64,000 nucleotides of DNA from Paraphysomonas bandaiensis (GCA_965644295.1 CBFFRP010000165.1:1-64000); one strand, 5' to 3'. Positions 48,838 through 61,361 are shown, counted from the stretch's first letter. Notes: generated by a model from the letters alone, not told the origin. Numbers and translations: made by a program.

Positions 48838-50141
48838 GGGATATTCAACCTAGTCAAAATTAGTCATACCTAGTCAAAGTAATAATTGCCTCGACCAAGT
48901 TAATATTGGTATTAAGCACCTAGTCGTTCTTATATCCATACCAGCAGCTCACACCACATAACATATTAATGGCTTGCAGGGCATCAAAACAAATATTCAA
49001 ACATACCAATTAATTCATATATACATTTCTACTCTTAACACGCACGATGTTAAGTTGGTGCGTGCAATAGCCAATAAGAGTGATGCTCCCTATGGAGTGG
49101 AGGTGTGACGGAGGACGACTACGTTGACCGGTGTTCTCAGGTGTATCAGACAATAGACTAAAATGGCACCAGGATCTCCAGAGCAACACCTCAGAATATA
49201 TATCAAAATCAGATTCAGGAAAGAGTGTCATGCTGAGGCATTTTTTATAACAGTACCGTGCCATCAGCAGCGTAAACGTGTATGCGCTGATGAAGTTGCT
49301 ATTCTTCAGGGCACGTCCTTTCAAATTACTTCATGGGTATGTCGTATTGTAAACTCAGGTCGTTGAACTGCAGCGCATGGCTAGATTTTATATTGTACTG
49401 ATCCATTTTGATGGAGTATATATACAGGGCCTAGTAACCAGTAATGGTAGTCCAGATCCAGGCAATTATAATGGCATTAATGGACAATGTCTCGGCAATT
49501 ATAATGACCATTAATAGAGGTCTCTTACAAAATCAAGAGCATGTATAGTTATATTGTTATCGCTCTTGTCTAGAACTGTCCGCGGCTGTGGGACACTAGC
49601 CGCTATATAGGACCTACTCTCAAGCCGTACTTCACTTACAGTATATACAGGCACCACAGTATATGATTGTTGTTCGGGAGGTCCCAAACGTAATATCACT
49701 TTTGAGATATAAGAAATACATTTATAGCTCTCTACATATCTTAATTATGTTCTCATGCTCTATCAAGCCTGGTGCAATGACACGCAGCCGGCCTTACAAT
49801 GCAGCGACGTTCAATTTTTATTTTCTCATAACGATGCATCCGCCAATATCATGGTCCTTAGGAAGCTGTGGAACTGCACCAGATTTGGTCACGAGAAACT
49901 CTCCAATTCTTATTAGAATGCGAAGTTGAAATGTGATGTATTGCATATATACAATATATAATAAATGCGTTTTTTAATTGATGGCTAGAATATAGAATAT
50001 GCCGCCAAGAAGCTTGAGTGATAATTTCTATTTCTGTCTAGGCGAATACCACGAACACCTAGTCATAGTAAACAGAAAGTATGATTATTAAAAATAATGG
50101 TGTGACTAGGAAATTACACCGTAGCTTGAATAATAGATCCC
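48838..50141. mobile_element. ~1.3-kb Mutator-like non-autonomous element (same end family as 2929-3143), possibly Pack-MULE-like
   Basis: Left end GGGATATTCAACCTAGTCAAA, right end ...GACTAGG...TTGAATAATAGATCCC, subterminal CCTAGTC repeats; flanking ATATTTCT on both sides (48830-48837, 50142-50149). Confidence 0.6.
49425..49520. mobile_element. Degenerate copy of the 47836 hAT-like MITE, nested in the 48838-50141 element
   Basis: CAGGGCCTAGTAACCAGTAATGGTAGTCCAGATCCAGGCAATTATAATGGCATTA. Confidence 0.7.
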
Positions 50142-50317
50142 ATATTTCTTCATTTGGGAGATGAGAATTGGTTGAACAAATTTCATATGTTTAATACTGC
50201 GCCATTAATTAAATATCAATTATGTTATAATGAAAGTCAATAATAAGATAATTTGTAAGAATTCAATTCATTCGGTTAATCAGAAAGTAATGAAGTCAAT
50301 GAAGTAATATATCCTTG

Positions 50318-50884
50318 TTATCGTTGGATCTCAGTAATAGAAACAAACCCTGGCGAAGCGGATTTCGTAAATCTGCCGCCGACACGAGTACGCCCCTGAG
50401 CAACCTCTTTCCTGGCTTTGCATACAATTCTCTTTTTAAACGATCTGCGCTTACGCTTCTCCAAATATCGCTGAATCTTCAATTTTCTTTCGGCGGCAGT
50501 CGCAACAGTAAATCCATTCGTACCAGGCCTAGCAGCCTCTTCATAAACAGCAACCTTTTCCTTCGTCGGAGGAGGGCTTGAAGTATCAACAACACGCACT
50601 GCATCGACAACATGAGCTCTATCGACAACGCGCACTGTATCCTCTTGAGGAGCTGCATGAGGGGCGAGTGTATTCATAGGGACGGGGCCGGCATCCACAC
50701 AAGATACTGTGTCCTCTGGAAAATCAGTGAAGAGATTCCCAATACCACAGTCCTCGATATCATCGATGAGGAAGTCGAGGGAGAAATCATCAGCTTGAAA
50801 GCTGAAGAAGTCCCCCTGGAATGGAGGGATGGAGGGACTGATGAGGGCGTCCATAGCTTGATATGCGTGTTTCGCGGGAGACAT
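50318..50884 (-). CDS. CCT-motif protein, copy 2
   Basis: 188 aa; differs from copy 1 by V>E and M>T only. Confidence 0.88.
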   Translation of the reverse strand: MSPAKHAYQAMDALISPSIPPFQGDFFSFQADDFSLDFLIDDIEDCGIGNLFTDFPEDTVSCVDAGPVPMNTLAPHAAPQEDTVRVVDRAHVVDAVRVVDTSSPPPTKEKVAVYEEAARPGTNGFTVATAAERKLKIQRYLEKRKRRSFKKRIVCKARKEVAQGRTRVGGRFTKSASPGFVSITEIQR

Positions 50885-52370
50885 TGAGAGAAGACATCAT
50901 TTTATTCGTATGAGGGGTGCGTATGCACGCGTTACTATAAATAACTTACGCGTCCATGATGGTCACAGAGTTGTGAGGGTCTGACGAGTGTTGCTGCTAT
51001 GAAGATGGACGCATGCGGATTGTATGACGCCTCTGCAGATACACACACACAGCAGCCACCATCCGCTCCGTTCGTTTTTGAATCAGATCCACAACACACT
51101 TTCTTAGCATTTTACTCTTCACTCATCAGCAGCACTCTATTGGATCCTATATTCTCGGGTTTTATGGACATAATATTCAGAAATGTATAGTTTTCAGGAA
51201 AGCTTTTGTCAAAATATCATATCTAGATATCTGTGAGTGACTTCGAAGTGAGCGTGATGTGGATATATGCATATATGAGTACATGATTCAGAGGCTCTTT
51301 TGCTGCCTCTACTCACAGACACGAGTGAGGACTATCAACAGTGTGTGGTCATAGTGGTGTATAGTGGTGTGTGCTCCTCATGAGGAGAGAGACTCGTATG
51401 ATCATATGAATAATACCGCAGCAGATACACACACATACATACAGAACACCCACACACACATACATGCATAGACCGCATGGAGCACCATGAATGCAGCATA
51501 GCTCAGATTGGGTCATGCAGCACTGTGCTGGATTACGATTGAACACAGTAGATCTCTCTGCAGTAACGGTGCTGTCATGTCCATTTCTCGCTTATCTTCA
51601 GATACGCTACCAGGAAATTGTTTATTGATCTCTACGTGCATTGATGTTGCTGATCAGATATGTTAGAGCTGTAGGTAAATAGCGTTGAGTACTTCATATG
51701 CATGATATAACACACTTATAACTATTAGTGTCTACTAGTACCACTACATATAACAGGAGCAGAGCCAGTGTATATCAACAGCGCCTATTAACAGGATATA
51801 CAGTCATTATGAACTTATGAACCAATACATATTCGAAGAATCCCCTTCCTCCCGCTGTGTGTGTATATGTTATAGGGAAACCAATCATATAATAACATAC
51901 CGATTTTATTTAGTCTGAAGATAACACAGTCAATTGTCATTCTACAACAATAGCCAAGTATAATTAGATGATGTGCCAGTGCAGAATGTACCGAAGTAGC
52001 GAGCCATGAGCATGGTGCAATTATTGCGTATATTTTATTGCAACAGCCTTGCCAGGATAAAACGGGACTCATAAGTAATGTATGACACAACTATTGACGA
52101 AATCAATAGACAATAGACTAAGTGTAGAAATCAACACAACTAAACTATTGGCGGAGTATACTAGGACACAACTCATTGTAGGACATTCAAACAGCTCTTT
52201 AAATAAAAACGACAAGTTATTTTAAGAATTGTCGAAGTTCAAATATCCGTTGAAGATATAAATACTAATCAAACAAATTATAACTAACATGTCGCAAACA
52301 TTAATTGAGAACATGCCACATAAAATCTAGAGAAATAAAGCTCGTTAAAGCATTAACGTGCTGACACTTC

Positions 52371-54452
52371 TTAATGCTGGTCAATAAAGAGAAGCTCCTT
52401 ATAAGTAGCTAGGGTCCATAGGTGAGCTGGGCATATCTCCTCAGCCTTGGAGCATAACTTCCTTACATCAATCATTGTCTCTAATCTCAGAGTTCTAGCT
52501 GCTGAGGCACGGTCATCGGCATTTGAGATGGCGTGGACTGCATCCCAGGTCTTCTCCAAAGTACGCACCGCCTCTTCTAATTCTTGCAGAGGACCGACAC
52601 CAGCTGCACGCACGGAGGGAATCACATGCTGGTTTATCATGTCAATCATGCAGTTCTTCTCAATCTCAACCAACCCTGTGTAATGATCGAACATCACCTC
52701 GCTACGAGCCAGACACTCTCCACGGGAAAGCACCTTCATCTCCTCGAACAGGGCCATATTCTTCTCGTCACGGTGGCGCTTCATAGCCTCCACTCCACTG
52801 TCAAAGTGCCACAAACCTCTCTCAATAAGCTCCTTCTGGTTGTCTTTGTCATACCCATCGCCATTGAACACAATCTTCCAGTGCTCTTGAAGAGCGTTCT
52901 GGGCAACAATACGAGGGGATTCACCGGCTTCAATCTTATCGGCAAAAGTTTTGAAAGCCTTCGCACAAATTACACCTAGAACGGTGTTAACCATCGAGAC
53001 GTTCTGAGATGAACCGACTGCGCGGAACTCAAATCGGTGTCCGCCATATGGGAAGGGAGAGGTTCTGTTGCGATCCTCAGCTGGAAGGACAATATCCGGA
53101 AGGGCTTCAACACCTAGGCTAGTGAGCTTGGGGCGGGGGTCATATGGAGCATCCACGCCATCCTTGTAACCAGACATGTAGTTGGTCATACTTTCACCCA
53201 AATACACCGACATAATGGATGGAGGAGCCTCGCATGCACCCAGGCGGAAGTCATTGCCAGGAGGGGCGATCGACATACGCATCAGATCACCGTACTCATC
53301 AACGGCAGAAAGTACAGCTGCCATCACTACCGGGAAAATCTCTGTAGATCCAGAACGAGTGGCAAGCTGCTTCACATTGAATAGATTCGTTCCATCATCG
53401 GTACCAATGGACCAGTTGTTATGCTTGCCGGATCCATTTACGCCTTCGAATGGCTTCTCCTGAAGCAAACATGCTAGGCCATACTGTGAGGCTACCTCCT
53501 CCATTACTTGCATCAGCATCAGGTTTTGGTCGATCTGAGTAGTCACAAAACCGAAGTAAGGAGCAAACTCATATTGACCTGGTGCAACTTCTCGGTGGCG
53601 GGTGGCGAGTGGAATGCCCATCAAATATGCTTGACGCTGAATCTCTCTCATGCACGCTAGAGGAGGAGAGGTAGCAGCAGGGGGAGCCATATAGTGGTCA
53701 CTCATCTCCTGACCCCTAGCAGCAGCGCGACCGAGAATAGTGCGCCCAGTCATCTGAAGATCAGGTCGCTTCAAATATGCCTCACGTGGAACAAAGAAAA
53801 ACTCCTGTTCCAGACCGATGTTGCAGCAAAGAGACTTGACGTTGTAACCTAGAAGCTTAAGTAAACGCACACCTTCGCGTGACATTGCGTCAACAGATCG
53901 AAGAAGTGGGGTCTTCTCATCAAGAGCATGTCCATTGTACGTTATGAAACAGGAAGGAATGAAAATAGTATCACCACGGAGAAATATCGGTGATGTCGGA
54001 TCAATGATGAGATATCCTCCAGCGCGGTGAGTAGCACGGAGACCGCCATTGGGGTATGAGGAACCATCAGTCTCGCCATAGAGAAGGTCGTTGCCGGAGA
54101 AATCCCACTCAAGGTTACCATTGCGATCAAACTTAAACATTCTCATTTGAACTTGTGCGGAGTTTCCATGTCGCACACTGTTAGCACCTAGAGGCTGAAA
54201 CCAGTGGCAATACACAGATGCACCATTATCACGGGCCCAGTCCAACACTGCAGCAGCAACAAGATCAGCTGTCTCTCCATTCTTCGTCCAATCAGAGGAG
54301 TTCAGAGTGTCTCTGTCCAGTCCATGTCTCTCGAGATAAGGGGCGGAGATATCTCCCTTAAAGAGATGCTTGCCGTAGAGTTTATTGATCTCATCCAACT
54401 CCGATGAGACTGGAGAGGTACCGTTCGTAACTTTCTCGATCATTGCAGCCAT
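52371..54452 (-). CDS. glnN: Glutamine synthetase type III, copy 2
   Basis: Same protein as copy 1 except LEKAW>LEKTW. Confidence 0.96.
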   Translation of the reverse strand: MAAMIEKVTNGTSPVSSELDEINKLYGKHLFKGDISAPYLERHGLDRDTLNSSDWTKNGETADLVAAAVLDWARDNGASVYCHWFQPLGANSVRHGNSAQVQMRMFKFDRNGNLEWDFSGNDLLYGETDGSSYPNGGLRATHRAGGYLIIDPTSPIFLRGDTIFIPSCFITYNGHALDEKTPLLRSVDAMSREGVRLLKLLGYNVKSLCCNIGLEQEFFFVPREAYLKRPDLQMTGRTILGRAAARGQEMSDHYMAPPAATSPPLACMREIQRQAYLMGIPLATRHREVAPGQYEFAPYFGFVTTQIDQNLMLMQVMEEVASQYGLACLLQEKPFEGVNGSGKHNNWSIGTDDGTNLFNVKQLATRSGSTEIFPVVMAAVLSAVDEYGDLMRMSIAPPGNDFRLGACEAPPSIMSVYLGESMTNYMSGYKDGVDAPYDPRPKLTSLGVEALPDIVLPAEDRNRTSPFPYGGHRFEFRAVGSSQNVSMVNTVLGVICAKAFKTFADKIEAGESPRIVAQNALQEHWKIVFNGDGYDKDNQKELIERGLWHFDSGVEAMKRHRDEKNMALFEEMKVLSRGECLARSEVMFDHYTGLVEIEKNCMIDMINQHVIPSVRAAGVGPLQELEEAVRTLEKTWDAVHAISNADDRASAARTLRLETMIDVRKLCSKAEEICPAHLWTLATYKELLFIDQH

Positions 54453-55399
54453 TTCTTGATGAGATGTGAATGAATGCTTTTGCAAGAGATAATAATGAAT
54501 AGCGTGACGGATCTTTCATGCTGCGATGTGTATCTTTGTTGCAAATACATACATCGAGTGGTGATTGAATGCAGATGCAAATAATCTGAGCGACCACATG
54601 CAAATAACAGTCACATGCACACACATGCACACAAGGCTGCGGAGCACTGCAATTGCACACCTGCCCGTACGAGCCCGCACAGCAGCAGGAGCAGCAGCAG
54701 GAGCAGCAGGAGCAGCAGGAGGGCAGCCGATGTACACACCCCTCCACCTGCAAGTGCAACATATGAATGTGTGTCGACTACAGTTGTATACCACTGTATA
54801 ACGTATCTCGAACGGCAGTATACTGTACTGTAGTAGCCTGGCCGATGGGACCGGCGGACTTGAGCTTTCAGGCCGGGCGGCTCGGCTATTTGGATACCGC
54901 AACGGCCTCCATCACTCATGGCGAGACATGCAAGCATAGAGGGGCCATATATGCTCCCGGAAACATGAACTTCTCGTTGCTTTGCTTTCAGCATGTTAGT
55001 CCAGGACCTTAAGGGCAACGAGCTTCATCATCGATCGGCAAACGGCATGCAGAAGACTTTGCTGTGCATAACGCTCCATTAGACACTTATCAGTCTTGTG
55101 GAGGCTACAAAGTGATGCATGTGTACCCACATATGTGGATTGGGGTCTCTGGATGTGCTTCCTACCGGTGACCAGCATATGCAAAGCCTGTGTAAGACTT
55201 CGATGCGGCTGTAGAGGTATGCGTGGCATGCCTCTGATGTACTTGTCCCTGGGGCTCTGGGTTGCGATGCTAAGATTCTTATTCAATGCTGAAGAGCTGC
55301 AGACCGAGTGCTGGGTCTGGTATGAGAGAAGCCTGATGCTTTAGTCGCCCTGTAGAACTAGCTTTTTACTTCTGTGTTGCCATAAATAATGTTTACTGC

Positions 55400-55450
55400 T
55401 GCAGCAGAGGGCAGTTGATGTACACACACCTCCACTTGCAAGTGCAACTT
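55400..55450. promoter_or_regulatory. Extra copy of the GSIII upstream motif GAGGGCAG..GATGTACACAC.CCTCCAC.TGCAAGTGCAAC
   Basis: Matches 54719-54760, 60143-60184 and the reverse complement of ~45117-45158; regulatory role is only inferred. Confidence 0.4.
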
Positions 55451-57815
55451 ACCTATATGCATGCATACATACATACATACGTAGCTGACCTCATTGTACA
55501 AGCATTAAAATGTTTACTATTACGAAAGTAAAACTATCAAGGTCTTATGAGTCCATGTCTGGGTGGGAAGTGCCCATAATACGTTGATAGGTGTATGCAT
55601 GCCCATCACTAGTGGCCGATGCAGCCCCACTGATAGAATCTATTGTACTTACATACCAGTGGAGTTGTTTTGTTGGTTGATCACACTTACTTATACCCAC
55701 CGCAAGTGCGAACAAGAATTTTAAACTTGGAGGAGAAAGTATAACCCCCATTTGATAATCGAGTTGAGTGAGATGTAACTCGATATCTCCACCGAACTCA
55801 GTGTTATTAGCGGGAAACGAATACAAAGCATTCCTGGGATACGACAGTTTGAGGCTGACCATTTCGCAATGTAACACGACACTACTTACTGAATTTACTT
55901 GGAGCGTGTAGGTAGATAGCTGGTACTCGGAGTAAGTTCCCTGGGGGGACCTAAGAATGTCATCCAGTTTAATTTATACGACTTGCGTAGTATAGTATAT
56001 TGATTTTTAATAATGGTATATATTATTTAATGCATGTCTACCGAAAGATTGCAGTCTCGTCAATCATACCTTTTGCATAAATGTGTTAAGCAGCGATTTT
56101 AGTTATGTTATCAACTCTTTGCTATCGTTTCCTGTTATGTACGCTGCTTTCAAAATTCGAAACGAATGACCGCAGGTTATAACCTGCACAATCCTGCTTC
56201 AAAAGTATCATTTTGAGTAATTATTTTCTTAATAAGATAAACCAATGTGTTCGGTGTCCAGCAAAATCCAACAGGGGACTCGTAATTTTTTCCGATATGT
56301 CTAAGGTCTAAGGAACGCCTTGAGTCACCCATCTTTATTCAAGTCCCATGATTCTTATACGCCAGCATCAATTAAAAGATAATAAACTCATATTGTAACG
56401 GCGTTCCCAAAAATAAAGTCGGAATGCATTGTGGACCAACTTCAAAGTATAAACATAATTTAGGATGAGCAACGTAATCAACTTGAAACACTCATTCACA
56501 CAGTAAAATCACTACCTAATCGATCCGAGGTAGTGAATTACACTCAGAAACTAATCGCGGATATCAAAAACTACCGCACACAGCAAACCCCTGGATCAAG
56601 GGGTCACTCGGACACCAGAAGTGTTTGAAATGCTCACTGAAAAAACTAAATTGGTATACGGTCGACAAAAGAGAATAGATTAGTATATTTTCATATATTT
56701 TAGAAAACTACTCTGTTACCGGGGCTGAACTCGGTAACATCCAACATTTATTTATCAACATCAACAAAGTGGGTGTTAAACAGTTACGAATCGTCGCTGA
56801 AAAAAGAGAACTGTTATCTTCTTTTGCAGACTTGTTATATCATGTATATCCAATATCTCCGGTACTTATCCCCAAGAACAACACGAAAAGTGCGAGTCCG
56901 ACATTGTTGACCAAAACAACCACTATGCAATGGGGTGTAATAAATAATATTATTTGACATTATTATAGACGAAATCAAATGATATATTTTAATCTGACAC
57001 ATGACAAACTTAATCAACTGGAAAGATTTAAACTTACTCGATATTAGGATCCATTTAATATAAGATAGTATATGTGAATTATATTGTTCAATGAAATACA
57101 CCACAAATTGAAATAATAATAGTATCTGTTGAGGAATCATGATCGTCATTATAACGATCATCATTGTCAATTACATATCTAATTATTCTGTTGCAAGTGA
57201 TAGTTATGTTCTGCATTATTATTCACTACTCTACATTACTGTGTTCATCACTTTACGCTCTAATAATCACAACATTCTTCTTACTCGTACTAAGCCTGAA
57301 TCTGCATTTCTCAATAATCATGTATTAATATATTAATACTGTGCACATCATCATTCATTGTCATTTACTAAATTTGTAGTCTCACTACTATCAATCAATA
57401 TTATCAGATTTTAGAATGACACGATCTTATACAGTCATACTTTGCTGTTTTAATAGTCTAGTCTACCTCTCGTACCATATACCGTGTCTGCTACTGTATT
57501 AATTTCAAGCAACAGTTATAATTCAAGGCTTTAGAAAATGATATTCGTCAACTAAGAGTAGATATCAACACAACTAAACTACTGACGGAGTATACTAGGA
57601 CCAGGAGTAAAGAATACTCATTTTAGGACATTCAAACAGCTCTTTAAATAAAAACGACAAGTTATTTTAACAATTGTCGAAGTTCATATATCCGTTGAAG
57701 ATATAAATACTAATCAAACAAATTATAACTAACATGTCGCAAACATTAATTGAGAACATGCCACAAAAAATCTAGAGAAATAAAGCTCGTTAAAGCATTA
57801 ACGTGCTGGCACTTC

Positions 57816-59897
57816 TTAATGCTGGTCAATAAAGAGAAGCTCCTTATAAGTAGCTAGGGTCCATAGGTGAGCTGGGCATATCTCCTCAGCCTTGGAGCAT
57901 AACTTCCTTACATCAATCATTGTCTCTAATCTCAGAGTTCTAGCTGCTGAGGCACGGTCATCGGCATTTGAGATGGCGTGGACTGCATCCCAGGCCTTCT
58001 CCAGAGTACGCACCGCCTCTTCTAATTCTTGCAGAGGACCGACACCAGCTGCACGCACGGAGGGAATCACATGCTGGTTTATCATGTCAATCATACAGTT
58101 CTTCTCAATCTCAACCAACCCTGTGTAATGATCGAACATCACCTCGCTACGAGCCAGACACTCTCCACGGGAAAGCACCTTCATCTCCTCGAACAGGGCC
58201 ATATTCTTCTCGTCACGGTGGCGCTTCATAGCCTCCACTCCACTGTCAAAGTGCCACAAACCTCTCTCAATAAGCTCCTTCTGGTTGTCTTTGTCATACC
58301 CATCGCCATTGAACACAATCTTCCAGTGCTCTTGAAGAGCGTTCTGGGCAACAATACGAGGGGATTCACCGGCTTCAATCTTATCGGCAAAAGTTTTGAA
58401 AGCCTTCGCACAAATTACACCTAGAACGGTGTTAACCATCGAGACGTTCTGAGATGAACCAACTGCGCGGAACTCAAATCGGTGTCCGCCATACGGGAAG
58501 GGAGAGGTTCTGTTGCGATCCTCAGCTGGAAGGACAATGTCCGGAAGGGCTTCAACACCTAGGCTAGTGAGCTTGGGGCGGGGGTCATATGGAGCATCCA
58601 CGCCATCCTTGTAACCAGACATGTAGTTGGTCATACTTTCACCCAAATACACCGACATAATGGATGGAGGAGCCTCGCATGCACCCAGGCGGAAGTCATT
58701 GCCAGGAGGGGCGATCGACATACGCATCAGATCACCGTACTCATCAACGGCAGAAAGTACAGCTGCCATCACTACCGGGAAAATATCAGTAGATCCAGAA
58801 CGAGTGGCAAGCTGCTTCACATTGAATAGATTCGTTCCATCATCGGTACCAATGGACCAGTTGTTATGCTTGCCGGATCCATTTACGCCTTCGAATGGCT
58901 TCTCCTGAAGCAAACATGCTAGGCCATATTGTGAGGCTACCTCCTCCATTACTTGCATCAGCATCAGGTTTTGGTCGATCTGAGTAGTCACAAAACCGAA
59001 GTAAGGAGCAAACTCATATTGACCTGGTGCAACTTCTCGGTGGCGGGTGGCGAGTGGAATGCCCATCAAATATGCTTGACGCTGAATCTCTCTCATGCAC
59101 GCTAGAGGAGGAGAGGTAGCAGCAGGGGGAGCCATATAGTGGTCACTCATCTCCTGACCCCTAGCAGCAGCGCGACCGAGAATAGTGCGCCCAGTCATCT
59201 GAAGATCAGGTCGCTTCAAATATGCCTCACGTGGAACAAAGAAAAACTCCTGTTCCAGACCGATGTTGCAGCAAAGAGACTTGACGTTGTAACCTAGAAG
59301 CTTAAGTAAACGCACACCTTCGCGTGACATTGCGTCAACAGATCGAAGAAGTGGGGTCTTCTCATCAAGAGCATGTCCATTGTACGTTATGAAACAGGAA
59401 GGAATGAAAATAGTGTCACCACGGAGAAATATCGGTGATGTCGGATCAATGATGAGATATCCTCCAGCGCGGTGAGTAGCACGGAGACCGCCATTGGGGT
59501 ATGAGGAACCATCAGTCTCGCCATAGAGAAGGTCGTTTCCGGAGAAATCCCACTCAAGGTTACCATTGCGATCAAACTTAAACATTCTCATTTGAACTTG
59601 TGCGGAGTTTCCATGTCGCACACTGTTAGCACCTAGAGGCTGAAACCAGTGGCAATACACAGATGCACCATTATCACGGGCCCAGTCCAACACTGCAGCA
59701 GCAACAAGATCAGCTGTCTCTCCATTCTTCGTCCAATCAGAGGAGTTCAGAGTGTCTCTGTCCAGTCCATGTCTCTCGAGATAAGGGGCGGAGATATCTC
59801 CCTTAAAGAGATGCTTGCCGTAGAGTTTATTGATCTCATCCAACTCCGATGAGACTGGAGAGGTACCGTTCGTAACTTTCTCGATCATTGCAGCCAT
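57816..59897 (-). CDS. glnN: Glutamine synthetase type III, copy 3
   Basis: Same protein as copy 1 except GSTEIF>GSTDIF. Confidence 0.96.
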   Translation of the reverse strand: MAAMIEKVTNGTSPVSSELDEINKLYGKHLFKGDISAPYLERHGLDRDTLNSSDWTKNGETADLVAAAVLDWARDNGASVYCHWFQPLGANSVRHGNSAQVQMRMFKFDRNGNLEWDFSGNDLLYGETDGSSYPNGGLRATHRAGGYLIIDPTSPIFLRGDTIFIPSCFITYNGHALDEKTPLLRSVDAMSREGVRLLKLLGYNVKSLCCNIGLEQEFFFVPREAYLKRPDLQMTGRTILGRAAARGQEMSDHYMAPPAATSPPLACMREIQRQAYLMGIPLATRHREVAPGQYEFAPYFGFVTTQIDQNLMLMQVMEEVASQYGLACLLQEKPFEGVNGSGKHNNWSIGTDDGTNLFNVKQLATRSGSTDIFPVVMAAVLSAVDEYGDLMRMSIAPPGNDFRLGACEAPPSIMSVYLGESMTNYMSGYKDGVDAPYDPRPKLTSLGVEALPDIVLPAEDRNRTSPFPYGGHRFEFRAVGSSQNVSMVNTVLGVICAKAFKTFADKIEAGESPRIVAQNALQEHWKIVFNGDGYDKDNQKELIERGLWHFDSGVEAMKRHRDEKNMALFEEMKVLSRGECLARSEVMFDHYTGLVEIEKNCMIDMINQHVIPSVRAAGVGPLQELEEAVRTLEKAWDAVHAISNADDRASAARTLRLETMIDVRKLCSKAEEICPAHLWTLATYKELLFIDQH

Positions 59898-60433
59898 TTC
59901 TTGATGAGATGTGAATGAATGCTTTTGCAAGAGATAATAATGAATAGCGTGACGGATCTTTCATGCTGCGATGTGTATCTTTGTTGCAAATACATACATC
60001 GAGTGGTGATTGAATGCAGATGCAAATAATCTGAGCGACCACATGCAAATAACAGTCACATGCACACACATGCACACAAGGCTGCGGAGCACTGCAATTG
60101 CACACCTGCCCGTACGAGCCCGCACAGCAGCAGGAGCAGCAGGAGGGCAGCCGATGTACACACACCTCCACCTGCAAGTGCAACATACGAATGTACTGTA
60201 CATAAAAATCATAAAAAGTATGGTTTCAAACAAAAAATATGGATTTCTACAAAACGTAAGGGTTTTATACAGAAAAGCCCGTACCAAGCAAAATTCCGCT
60301 ACCAAAACGAGTTTCTCGTTACCATAAATCTGCTACCTTCACGCGAGTGCACTGTATCTAGAACAGCAGTATACCGTTATACAGGCCGGCCTATGACCGG
60401 CCTGGCCGATGCCGGATGGGCCCGGCGGACTTG

Positions 60434-60474
60434 ATACATACATACATACATACATACATACATACATACATACA

Positions 60475-60508
<34 letters not shown>

Positions 60509-61361
60509 CATATATACATACATACATACATACATACATACATACATACATACATACATACATACATACATACATACATACATACATACATACATACATA
60601 CATACATACATACATACATACATACATACATACATACATACATACATACATACATACATACATACATACATACATACATACATACATACATACATACATA
60701 CATACATACATACATACATACATACATACATACATACATACATACATACATACATACATACATACATACATACATACATACATACATACATACATACATA
60801 CATACATACATACATACATACATACATACATACATACATACATACATACATACATACATACATACATACATACATACATACATACATACATACATACATA
60901 CATACATACATACATACATACATACATACATACATACATACATACATACATACATACATACATACATACATACATACATACATACATACATACATACATA
61001 CATACATACATACATACATACATACATACATACATACATACATACATACATACATACATACATACATACATACATACATACATACATACATACATACATA
61101 CATACATACATGCATACATACATACATACATACATACATACATACATACATACATACATACATACATACATACATACATACATACATACATACATACATA
61201 CATACATACATACATACATACATACATACATACATACATACATACATACATACATACATACATACATACATACATACATACATACATACATACATACATA
61301 CATACATACATACATACATACATACATACATACATACATACATACATACATACATACATAC
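60434..61361. repeat. (CATA)n microsatellite, ~0.93 kb
   Basis: Direct reading. Confidence 0.99.

Noticed and set aside
45417-59897. Bacterial contamination or recent HGT of intronless GSIII
   Set aside because: GSIII is known from many protists; the flanks share the host's repeats and promoter style and there is no operon structure
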